Origin: Tubiluchus corallicola
Lineage: Eukaryota; Animalia; Priapulida
Assembly (NCBI GenBank): GCA_030141605.1
Contig: JAQGDQ010000432.1
Coordinates: 66,553 to 130,552 of the forward strand
DNA: 64,000 nucleotides
Direction: 5' to 3'
Under the pieces are notes generated by a model. That model was not told the DNA's origin and ran no database searches. It worked only from the letters and a program-made list of their open reading frames with translations. This document shows positions 1-51,800 of this stretch, piece by piece (position 1 is the first letter of the stretch; each line of letters begins with the position of its first letter). A program made the position numbers and the translations under genes.

Positions 1-89
1 TGACACTGAACAACTGTCACGCTACTGTCTACCACTTTTGTAGACCTATAATCTACAGTGTTATCTGAAGTAATTTTTGCTCTTAAGTA

Positions 90-647
90 CCGTATTTTCC
101 CGTGTATAAGAGACCCTTTTTTGCTCAGAATTTTCACTTTAAAAATAGGGGGTCTCTTATACATGGGAGTAAGTCTTTTCAATAAGATGCATAAATTGTG
201 ACACTAATGATTTTAAAGAAATAAGTGCTCTACAACTGTTTTATTTCGAATAATTATAGTTTCCTTTCAATAAATCTTCTTCATGGCTAAATTCTAATGA
301 TAAAATTAATGTACCGGGTAAGTTATTATTTTTTTAAATGTCTCTTTGGTATTGGAGAGAAATCGATTGTTCTGCAGCCAATCAACGCATCTGCATAAGC
401 TCTCTGCATGCCCGTCGACGTCATTGATACGTCGGCAGAGGTCAACGAGATGAGTCAGCCTAAGCAAGGCGTGTCGCGTTCGACTATGAAGCGGTTGTAA
501 GCATTTTTGATGAGAGTGATGAGGAATTTAATGATTTCTATGATGAATAAAGTTATTCATTACCAAAAAGCTTTTTTCCACAATTTTTGCCTAAAAATTG
601 AAGGGGTCTCTTATACACAAGGGTCTCTTATACATGGGAAAATACGG
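90..647. mobile_element. Tc1/mariner-pogo-type MITE
   Basis: 27-bp TIR CCGTATTTTCCCRTGTATAAGAGACCC (26/27), TA on both flanks, subterminal repeats GGGTCTCTTATAC. Confidence 0.85.
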
Positions 648-836
648 TACCTAGAAAAATATTACGTTACGTTACGTTAGCGACGTGTTTATTACTAAAA
701 ACACAATTTGAAGAATAAAGTGTAACACTGCGTCTTGGTGAATGTATTTATAGTTTATGCATTTATAGTCAGGGAATAAACAATTTAACTGGTGAGCAGC
801 TACTGAAAGAGTGCACATTGTACTCAGTTTCGAATT

Positions 837-1447
837 CAAAAACCTAATGATTTTTTGAATAGTTAAATATATGTATAGTACTTATTTAAAACTTCTATGC
901 AAAAATTTAGTGACTTTTGAAATAGTTAAATATATGTATAGTACTTATTTAAAACTGCTATACAAAAACTTGATGATTTTTTGAATAGTTAAATATATGT
1001 ATAGTACTTATTTAAAACTGCTATACAAAGACTTAATGATTTTTGAAATAGTTAAATATATGTATAGTACTAATTGAAAACTGCTATACAAAAACTTAAT
1101 GATTTTTGGAATAGTTAAATATATGTATAGTACTAATTGAAAACTGCTATACAAAAATTTAATGATTTTGGAATAGTTAAATATATGTATAGTACTTATT
1201 AAAAACTGCTATATAAAAACTTAATGATTTTGGAATAGTTAAATATATGTATAGTACTAATTGAAAACTGTTATACAAAAACTTAATGATTTTTGAAATA
1301 GTTAAATATATGTATAGTACTTATTTAAAACAGCTAGGCAAAAATTTATTGATTTTTGAAATAGTTAAATATATGTATAGTACTTATTAAAAAGTGCTAC
1401 GCAAAGACTTAATGATTTTTGGAACAGTTAAAATATGCATATAGCAC
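837..1447. repeat. ~62-63 bp AT-rich tandem repeat, ~10 copies
   Basis: Recurring AATAGTTAAATATATGTATAGTAC core at ~62-63 bp spacing. Confidence 0.9.
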
Positions 1448-1936
1448 GAAGTAAACACTACTGTAGTGACGGTTTGAAACGTTCGGATAGTCGAATCATT
1501 CAGATCGATTTGGCCCGGCAATGGTTTTCAACATTCCTGTTTGATCCGCAGCTCTTACGCAACTCGTCAGACCCATTTTGTTAATTGTCGTAGTACGTTG
1601 CTTGTTAAAAAAAGCTCAACTCTCCAAAGAAAATCTTAGTTAACCCAGGTGAAAAAACTTTAAAATTAATCATATTGAGTACCTCAAATTTCTTGGAGCA
1701 AATTTCTATTGTAGGCAAATAATCTACTGTAGATGCAACAACATATGCAGCTGCTCAAGTTAAAAAAACTTGCTAAACGCATACGAACAGCCGCATTATG
1801 TAGTTACAGACAACGTTCTGCCTGCTAAATTTGCAGATAATTCGACTCGGTTCTAAAATTGAAAGGCTTGGTAGTGAGGCTCAATTATTTGGCTTACACG
1901 TATATGTAATTCAAATTTACTAGCCAATGCACAAAC

Positions 1937-41499
<39,563 letters not shown>

Positions 41500-41830
41500 G
41501 GCGTCTCCTTTCAGTTCACTTCAAAGGTACACACTAAACTCCACTTCAAAAATTTACACGATTTTTTTTCTTGCTTAATAGTCACAAATCGTATCTCCGG
41601 CGTTTCGGCGACAACTAGACATTTGAGCACAAAAGAGACTCCAAACACCGAGGAAGAGAACCACCAGACAACAGCAAGCGCGGAGAAACTGGGCCACTCA
41701 CACCAACTGCTTACCCACCTGCGAAATGCACGAGTGCAGAGCGTCTTGCATGGTCAACCATCAACGGCCACCCTGCAGAATCGATTGTAGGACGGAGGGC
41801 GCGGTTTGGATCCGCCCTACAGGCCCGTAA
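41500..41830 (-). promoter_or_regulatory. GC/CpG-enriched 5'UTR/promoter region of the nahoda-like gene
   Basis: Locally raised GC and CpG immediately upstream of the ATG; GC-box GGGCGG on minus strand near 41812-41817. Confidence 0.4.
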
Positions 41831-43081
41831 TGAATTAAGCAGATTACGCAAAGGAAGGTGATAATGGCGGTGTTATCGTATTGTGTTCTTGTCATTGATA
41901 TAATGAGAAAGAATGCCAGCCGTGTAGAGAAAACAAAGAAAACTTGATTCTGGATTGATTAGCGCGTGTCATTAGCATGATTTACGTAATTAAAGTGGTC
42001 ACGCTTGGTGGACGTTTGTTATTGGAGGAGCTGAAGGGAAAATGTAAAGTTAAGGGTGGTGGACCTTACCACAATAAATCATACCTAGAAACGTGAGTCA
42101 CTCTAATGCTATGTAATAGGTCTAAATCAGACAGGTTCCCTTCTTTCTCTCTGACAGAGTTCTTTTACGAACGTTTAGCCAGGTCCTTTCCAGGAAAGGG
42201 AAGAATGTAAAAGACCAGCAAAAATAAAAGAGAAAAAAGAAGCGACGAATGAAACGAGGCGTGGAAAAGGAAATGGAAGAATGGAGAGAAAAAATAAAAG
42301 TAAAGGAGAATAAAGTGGAAGGGAACGACAGAAGTTGGGAGAGACAAGATGATTCGGAGGAGAGATGAGAAGAGCACGGGTGAGAGGAGAGGGAGGTGAA
42401 TTAAGTTTGGTAAATGAGAGTTTGGCTAGCCTACAAATCTCAATATTAAATACTTCGATTTTATCAATAGAAAGTGTGTACTTCCTCCATTAGAAAGAAA
42501 ATGGATAGAACTTCTTTATTGTGTTCAGTAACGCCTTGCCGATGTAATTTTTTATAGTTTATTCATTCATTTACTTTGTGTGCCACTAACCAAGTCATTA
42601 TAATTGTAAATATTTAAAACTGTTGTATGTAATTTTTTGTCCTGAATGTATATTTGCATGTATGAACCTAGAATTTGCAACAAAGACTTAATACCAAAAT
42701 CAAATCAAATAATTATGCATTTTATAATGTATGCATTTTATGACACAGCTGCCGAAATAAAGACTCTAATGTAAATTAGCAAACATAATAATTGCAGTTC
42801 ATTGTGACGTCATTTGTCTTCATCTAGTCAAATCTTCGAGGATGTTTTTAGTGCAATATTCTCACCATTAGTTTGGCTTTAAAAATCTAACTGGCATTAC
42901 GGCATTTAGTAGTGACGTGTCTTTGTGGTCAAGGAAATTAACTTCTTCGATGCGAAGACATTATAGGCATTTGATAAACTCTTCACTTACGTTTAGTTTG
43001 ACCCATTTACGCATCTGATATAACAAGTAAATATAATGGAGTAACCATAACATTTCACCTGCCAACTTTTCAGTAGCTAGG

Positions 43082-44332
43082 ATTCACGTACACACATACA
43101 GGCTGCTTGATGGTTCTATATGCTAGGTGCCCATTCACGTACACACATGCAGGCTGCTTGATGGTTCTACATGCTAGGTGCCCATTCACGTACACACATA
43201 CAGGCTGCTTGATGGTTCTATATGCTAGGTGCCCGTTCACGTACACACATGCAGGCTGCTTAATGGTTCTATATGCTAGGTGCCCATTCACGTACACACA
43301 TGCAGGCTGCTCAATGGTTCTATATGCTAGGTGCCCATTCACGTACACACATGCAGGCTGCTTAATGGTTCTATATGCTAGGTGCCCATTCACGTACACA
43401 CATGCAGGCTGCTCAATGGTTCTATATGCTAGGTGGCCATTCACGTACACACATGCAGGCTGCTCAATGGTTCTATATGCTAGGTGCCCATTCACGTACA
43501 CACATGCAGGCTGCTCAATGGTTCTATATGCTAGGTGCCCATTCACGTACACAAATGCAGGCTGCTCAATGGTTCTATATGCTAGGTGCCCATTCACGTA
43601 CACAAATGCAGGCTGCTCGATGGTTCTATATGCTAGGTGCCCATTCACGTACACACATGCAGGCTGCTTGATGGTTCTATATGCCAGGTGCCCGTTCACG
43701 TACACACATACAGGCTGCTTGATGGTTCTATATGCTAGGTGCCCGTTCACGTACACACATGCAGGTTGCTTAATGGTTCTATATGCTAGGTGCCCATTCA
43801 CGTACACACATACAGGCTGCTCAATGGTTCTATATGCTAGGTGCCCATTCACGTACACACATGCAGGCTGCTCAATGGTTCTATATGCTAGGTGCCCATT
43901 CACGTACACACATGCAGGCTGCTTAATGGCTCTATATGCTAGGTGCCCATTCACGTACACAAATGCAGGCTGCTCAATGGTTCTATATGCTAGGTGGCCA
44001 TTCACGTACACACATGCAGGCTGCTTAATGGTTCTATATGCTAGGTGCCCATTCACGTACACACATGCAGGTTGCTTGATGGTTCTATATGCTAGGTGCC
44101 CATTCACGTACACAAATGCAGGCTGCTCAATGGTTCTATATGCTAGATGCCCATTCACGTACACACATGCAGGCTGCTCAGTGGTTCTATATGCTAGGTA
44201 CCCATTCACGTACACACATGCAGGCAGCTCAATGGTTCTATACGCTACGGTACCCATTCACGTACACACATGCAGGTTGCTTGATAGTTCTATATACTAG
44301 GTGCCCATTCACGTACACACATGCAGGCTGCT
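43082..44332. repeat. 51-bp minisatellite, ~24.5 copies
   Basis: Unit ATTCACGTACACACATGCAGGCTGCTCAATGGTTCTATATGCTAGGTGCCC. Confidence 0.97.
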
Positions 44333-45548
44333 GATAATTTGGGTTTTTATAGACAAAACATTTTTATATGCTCCCAGCTACGGAATCACCTATGTATAGC
44401 AGTCAGAGAACCATCCACTAAGAACAAAATAATATAATCCAGTAAATACACAATAATTATAGTGAAGACATTTTATTAGTAAATGTGATTGGGTAAAAAT
44501 GATTTGAAGTTGCTAATCACAAAAATTCGTAGAAACGTTGTAAAGATCATTGGAAAGATGTAATACTGGAATTCATTGTAACTAAGCTATAGCTCTATGA
44601 ATGTATATAAACTCATATGTATATCAATTGGCTTGCACTGTATCTGTATCTACATCATCATAAATTATCACAAAAAAACTGTAATAAACCTAATCCTAGT
44701 GTTTCATGGTTATTATTTCACGCTTCAATAATTTAAAACATGTAATATTGGTAAACAACAGTAGGTAGTTTGAAAAAGGATACTAATACATGGCTATTAC
44801 ATTTTCCTAAACTGGCAGTGAGCAAAATTTCAAATAGTTTAAGCTAAGAAATAAGCTTGCTAAGTGATAATAAATTATTACAGAATCAGAAAATGATTAC
44901 AGCAATTAAACTGATTTGATATGAAGTAATAAAAACAGAAACTAAAAGCAACCACATTTGCTTAACGAATACAAATCAATCTGAATTTACACTTCATTGA
45001 ATAAAAACCCTCAACAATAGTCTATACTGAATAAAATTACAAAATTGATAAAAATGTTACATTTTATAAAATATTTATGAAGATTGTAGATAGTATTACG
45101 CCCAGAAGTTCTAAATATACAGCAAAAATGACCAAGAATAAGTAAAATTATTACTGCACTCATCAAGTGCACGGCATTGAGGAATAAAAAGGAAAATTTA
45201 CAATGACATCAGCTGGAAAACTGTTTGGTTTAAAATTGTTAGCACAAATTTAATTACTTATGCATAAAGTTTTCACATTAACTAACTAAGCTAAAGACAA
45301 GCTCTGCATTTCTACCTAGTTGCTGGTTCTGGACACATTTGTCGTGAATAGTTTAATGTTACGCAGATGCTTATTCAATTTATATTGTAAGGAGTGAACT
45401 ATTTTAATTACAGATAGATAAAAAATTAATACATATTTCCCTTGATTTACACCTTGGTCAGTTGTACAAAAGCAAGAGAGAGAGAGAGAGATATTCTGAA
45501 TTGGTGTAGCCATCAGACTAAGAAAACTATGCAGATAATTAGGCCAAA

Positions 45549-45816
45549 TAAGTCTTTTCGCAGTTTCATGGTGCGCACGTGTAGTTGTTGTAGATCAAAA
45601 GTTAAGTAAACCATGGCAGTGCATCTTAACTACAACCCTCAGACGGCACATGGGTAAAACAAAGCCTTCTACTGCATCAGTTCAGTAACTTCAGTTGTTT
45701 TACGAGGACTTTACTTAATTGTGCCTTAGTTTGTGCGGTAGAGTGATTTACTAACAGAATCTTGCTAGGAAACAAGAAAAAATGAACTAGGTAAGGTTTT
45801 AGCTAGCTGTTAAAAC
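45549..45816 (+). repeat. dispersed repeat; inverted copy at 54460-54725
   Basis: ~270-bp colinear reverse-complement match (e.g. ATGAACTAGGTAAGGTT.TAGCTAGCTG vs CAGCTAGCTAGAACCTTACCTAGTTCAT). Confidence 0.8.
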
Positions 45817-48336
45817 GGTTACTATTACAATAGAATGGGTTACGAAGCATTGTCAAGTGTACACAAATGCACTGTCTGGTACACGTAACCGCTAACCTTT
45901 TCACGATCAGTATCAATCGCTGGAAATGTGAAAAGGCTTATTATAATATAGCATAACGAGATCCAAATGAAACTGCTGAGTGGTGAAGAGGCTAGGATGA
46001 AAATGTTTCTTGCTCCAACCAAACTGTCTCTTAAAACCTTATGCACACAATCCAGTTTTTTTGCTAGAAAGAGAACACCACTTTGTTTTTCTTTCACACC
46101 TCTAATAAAGAGCTTGAAGGAATTGCTGTCATAATCTCCCAAAAAAAGACTTTTCGTTGCACAATACTGCGCCACGTCAGATTAATAATTGAAATCAGAC
46201 AGCAAGAACTTCTCAAAAAATAATCAATCGTAGAACTGAATGAATAAGCTGTAAGCTGTGCATTTTTACTAGACAGATAGCAATTGTTTATAGTTACTGA
46301 TTTTGCTAATATTGTTGGTGTTATTGTCCTTACTTTTGTGAAGATATTCCGTCACATTCATTAACAATAGCTGCCTGACAGTTTAAGCAAATGAATCTCA
46401 AAATTTATACAAGCTAAAATAATTCTGAAACAGAAATAGCACCAAAAAATGAGCAAAGTTATGAAAGAATTTGAACAAACAAGCAAATTAGGTAAAGATT
46501 TACAAATAAACAACCAAGAAAAAGCACATCACTTGGAAGACTAACTCTTTTCACTATGGGAAAAATACAAAATTACGATTATCAATGCAAACTTTGTTAA
46601 AAAACGGAATCAGAAAAACTAAATCAATCATAAAATAATTTATTATACCAATAAATTCTAGTTTTCTAATAATTTGCAAAATAAAATCAATTACACGCAC
46701 AAGACTAAATTCTAAAGCACGTAGAACAGATAAAAACTTAATATAAATGTACATAATAAATTCAAAGTGAAACCAAGTATAACTTGATCTCTTTCTACGA
46801 TAAACTCAATGATTTTAATTGCAAATAAAATAAACTAAATCTTAAACTGATTACGCAAAACACAATGGACGCACTTGCAAGACGTGGTGGTCAATGGTCA
46901 GTTATCAAAGTGTCAAGGACAATGATGCCATGACACTTAACACCACCACTGCCAGCCACTTTTTCTTGCCTCTTCAAATTAGTTTTCCATTTGCTGTGTA
47001 AATTCTTCCAGAAGCACATAATCGAAAATACGCAGGAGACGGATGAGCAGTGAATACAGCGCCATCTACATTCTCTTGGTACTTCAGAAGTTTACAAAGC
47101 ATCAAAGCGGATATCTGAAATAGTACGTAAACAAAATGTAAAGTGTAAATAATCAAGACACAGTTTAGTTGTATGTTTTACTACAAGATGGCACCACAGT
47201 GCACTGTGCAGCTAACCTAAGCTAAGTAGCGTTTGCATAATTCAAGTCTGAGTCACGACTTTCAGCAAAAAGTTATCACTTAGCAACTAAGAAATTTTGA
47301 AATATCAGTCAGTATAGCAACAATTACAGCACTTTAAAGTTGAAATCGAAATCTGTTTTAACCATCAAAGGCAAGCACGCACTGCTAGTGTGCAAAAACC
47401 AATTATTGCAACATTCCCAGGTCTAACCTGCCCATTTGATTCTTATATTCAAGGCATCTGTAAATTATAAAATTATGTTTACAAACAATAGGGATGTATA
47501 GTTTTAATGTAGGTGGGAAAATACAGGACATATCAAAGATAATAAAACACTTTTAGAAATTTTTTATTCATCATTAACAGGACCAAGAATAAACTTGATT
47601 CATGGTAATTTGTTTACCGTTCAGCCGAAAATCAGAGATGGAAACTCGTTCAGTTGTGTTAGTTCACATAAAACTTGTGCTTCTTGTTTTTCAAGTCAAT
47701 ACAAGTTTTGCGAGTTCCCATTTTCTTTAAATTTATTAAATTATTTTTCTCTTTTGGTTTGTTTTCGCCCTGCCATGTTGCACTTTGCAAGAACATCAAC
47801 AATCTGTGAAATATTATTGCTTCATAAAATCGTTTTCAGATTAAACAAACACCGTCATTAAGCAACCAGCCCAAGTAAAAACAATTACATTTCTTTAAGA
47901 TAAAATCACATACAAACGTAACAGCTCTTTTGCCCGTTATTCTCAACAGTGCACTAATGATAAAAAGTAAAAGCACAGCTTAATAAAGGAGTTCTACAAG
48001 TAAATTATAGTTGTCAGATATTAATTAAAATCTGATTTAAACTGAAAAAAAAATCGAAAGGTGACGAAAAACAATGCACAATTCGAATTTTTAATTACTT
48101 GAATTTCAAGTGGAATTGGATTTAATTAGAACAAATACTAAACAAGTCAACCATTTTTCTTTCATCAAATTGAGGATTTGTTTATCAAATGATGTTTGCA
48201 CTTATTTATTGTATCTTTCACAGATTACTGGATACAAGACGGCCATGTTTACATAAGTGTATCATAAATTTATAATATGAATACAGTCTAATGAGATATG
48301 ATAGAAGTTCAGCTATTATACTGTACAAAGGCATTA

Positions 48337-48650
48337 CAGTCAACCCTCGTTAAACTGGACTAATGGGGGGGGGTCCGGTTTAGCCGATTGTCCGATTTAT
48401 CCGATATGCCTATAAATGGCCTATATTATACAGGAATAATCACCTTAATAACGCCTATATACATTACACTATATACTATACTGTATATTACTTAAAATAG
48501 TTAACCTGTGAGGATAAAGAAATTATTGCGCAGGTGGTAGGCCGTGCAGACCGGGCTCGGACGGAAATCGGTCAGTTTCCTTTACCACGGATGACGTCCA
48601 TCTTATCCAATATCCGGGCTAACGAGGTCCGGTTTAACGAGGGTCGACTG
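48337..48650. mobile_element. Tigger/pogo-like MITE in the NIPSNAP 3' region
   Basis: TA|CAGTCAACCCTCGTTAAACTGGAC ... GTCCGGTTTAACGAGGGTCGACTG|TA (22/24). Confidence 0.88.
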
Positions 48651-48735
48651 TACAATGAAACTATATTACATGTAGACGGCATACTGTCACATACCATATA
48701 CTATTTCACCCCATTTCATATAATTGCATCTGGTA

Positions 48736-48800
48736 CTATTGCAGTGGAGAGTACGGCATGGGTAGCAATATTCTACTGTTCACTTCCTCCATCAAAGGCA
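48736..48800 (-). CDS. NIPSNAP: NIPSNAP last coding exon (65 nt incl. stop)
   Basis: tttgtttcag|[21 protein letters not shown]. Confidence 0.93.
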
Positions 48801-51800
48801 CTGAAACAAATAAATGAAAATTCAATAAATGCAGCTGCTTAATGAAAAAGATTATAAGTCATCCGTGATTAGTAAGCTGGTGTAAAACAGCAGTACGCAA
48901 ACAAGTGAAAACGTAAAAGCCAAGGTTATTCTAAGCAAAACCGGACCCAATCTTACACTGTAAGTCAAAACAATCGACTCTTTAAAATATTGAAAGGAAA
49001 CATACTATTTTTTTCAAAAATGACTTGCTTGAAAGAATCACTATCACACACGCACGCACGCACACACACACACACACAATTTCATATTCGCGCCACTAGT
49101 TCTTCACTGTTACATGCATTTTGCCATTTGCTAGTTAGACGGGCATTTCGGAAAGCGCTGCACAAAAAGCAGGTGCTGTACCTCTCAGTTCAGAAGTGTT
49201 AGTTTGTGACGAGTGTACAAAAGCAAAGTAAAGACGGCATAAAAGTAGTAAAACTCATCTCTCCAAAAGTAGTAAAACTTTCTCTCAAGTAGCTCACGGG
49301 TGTCTTTTTTAAGTACGTGAAGCAAAAATATTGAGTCAACTGCGGACAATTTCACATACATTTGAATAGAATGTACATACATCTGGCCCGTACCAGACAT
49401 TTTTGAGTCAATTAGGCAACTCATTCTGTTAACTGTGAGTCTAATAATTGGCTTCCACTATATAACAAAGCTTTCCTTGGAAAAGTAAAATCATTTTAAT
49501 GATTATTTTGATGAAAACATTGATGTTATTGATTCTGTTTGATGCTGCCATTAGCCAACACAAATGAAAGTGACTGTATTTGTTGTTTTTCAAAGAAGAA
49601 ACGAATCAGTTCAGCTAACTACAGATCCTGCTTCAAAGCACAAAAATTTCACCTCAAATAAACTTTCCCAACAATTTCCATAAATCATATAATCTCAATT
49701 ACTATAATGCACATTAAAACAATTAACGTAATACAAAACTAGTTATTCAAAATTAAATTCAATTTATTTTGTTTCTTACATATGAAAATAAGGAAACATG
49801 CAATTGCTATTTTAATGATTTTACACAGAGATGGGTGCCAAAAAACCAAAGGCTTATCGAGTCAAGTCATCATCACTATCCAATCAAAATCTAATTATGA
49901 TTAAGCAATGGCACAGTGCAGGGGCGGAACTAGGGGGGAGGGCGCCCCCCTTGTCAAAATTTGCGCCCCCCCCTGCAAAATCGGACAAATAATTTTTTTG
50001 CAGTGAAAATTGCAGTTCGCATGTAATCATTTTCAATATGAATTAGAATTAGGTAAAAAATGTTTGGTAGCTTCAGTGTATTATTTTCTTAAAACTTGTG
50101 TGTGACAAATTTCTGTAAATAACAATTTAGTTAGAGGCACATTAATAACGTTAGGTTAACTGAGAGTTAATTTTCTCATTATTGCTCTGTCCGCTACGCC
50201 GTCCTACACACACGCTAATTATAGGCCTGCATGCAGTATAAAAGGGGTTAAAATTGGCTTAACCATTATTTAACCACTTCGGATACCTCGCCCCCTCCCC
50301 AGAAAATTTTTGCGCCCCCCTGCTTGCCACATCTAGTTCCGCCCCTGGCACCGTGGCTGAAAGGCAGCAGTGTAACAAATAACAATTAGCATAGAATCAT
50401 ACAGATAAAACTAGCACAATACATTAGCGAATCAAATATCCTACTTGCATGACAGCTAATGTAGCACGATACGCGCTCTGAGTAGAATCACAAGTTATTT
50501 GCAGTCGCTATGTGAACAACAAGCTAAAGATCCCAGGACAAGGAGGTATTTCCCCACCCAGTTTATCAAATATTGTTGTGTTTTGTTTCTCTCGGAAGGC
50601 TCGCAGAGAAAACCAGAGAAAACCAGTTTATTATGCGAGAATTCTACAACACAAAGTATGAAGGAATGTGAAATGTTTACAGTAAATGTGATAATCTGGA
50701 AAAGTGAAAGCGTATCTGAGAATACAAGGATACAAGTGAATGTGAGAGAATGTGAGAGAGAATCAGAGAATGTACTTCAGCAGCCAACACTGCCTTATAT
50801 ATCAGTGGCAGTAGTAACTTCTACAAGGTAAGATGATTGTTCTACTGTACAATGGAATATTCCAGAATTCCACAACAAATATACAAAAGTGTATCTGGCC
50901 AGGCATACGCTCGAGCTCGCAGTAAACATGGTACCTGTGTTTGCCACGCACTTGTCCCATCCGGGTTTGCTCCAAGCAGCCTCCCTAGTCTCCTTCCTCG
51001 AGTGCAGATCATCATATGCTAAGTAAGTAAACATATCAGTAGTATGAATAATTTGTCTCTGAACCACTTTGGTATCAGAGAGCCACACAGGCAACCCTAC
51101 CGTACTACACATTTTAAAAAATGATCAGGAATGGCAATCGTAAGAAAACGTGACATTTTTATCTAAAATCATTGTAGCTAAACACAAGTCTTACGTAGGT
51201 TTAACTTTTCTGTTGACGAATAGCACTTTGGCAAAGATTCAAAATTGATGCGAAACAAGTAAAAATACTAAGTTCTAGTAAAACCTGATTACAGAAAATT
51301 ATTATTTTTGTAGTTTACTGACAACTACTATATAAATGCAAAAACACTAGCTTGATTTTCGAGAATAATAATGTTATTCACGACATTTTCTTATAAGAGG
51401 TTAGCACACTACAAGTTGAAGCACTCAACACCATGGCAATAACATTTACAGTTGTAGAGGGACCATTCAGCAATTTACACTTCTGATCTTATTATTTTTT
51501 TACATTAAAGTTCTATGATGTGCTACAACAGATTCTGAAAGCACATAGGTTGTAGCCAAGGAATGGATTATCACTAAATTACTGATCTCACTTTGACACA
51601 GTATCAAATTGCATGGCTTTTATCAAATAACACAAGCAGCAATTATTTTGAAGAAAAATAAAGTAAAAAGGTAGAATGAATCTTTTTTGAACAGTTTGAT
51701 ACTTAAACTGTTCCGATGACACAGCCAGTATGGCGCCTATACGTACCATAGATATGGTGTACCACATGCGCACTTCCGACGCCAGAAAAGAGTCCGGCTA

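Noticed and set aside
41732-41738. Metal-response-element core TGCACTC upstream of the putative copper protein
   Set aside because: A single degenerate 7-mer is expected by chance.
43070-44334. 395/397-aa repeat ORFs
   Set aside because: A 51-bp (3n) minisatellite open on both strands; no splice or homology support.
50795-51112. 105-aa ORF as a standalone gene
   Set aside because: Only 50935-51018 is a NIPSNAP exon; the rest is intron read-through.
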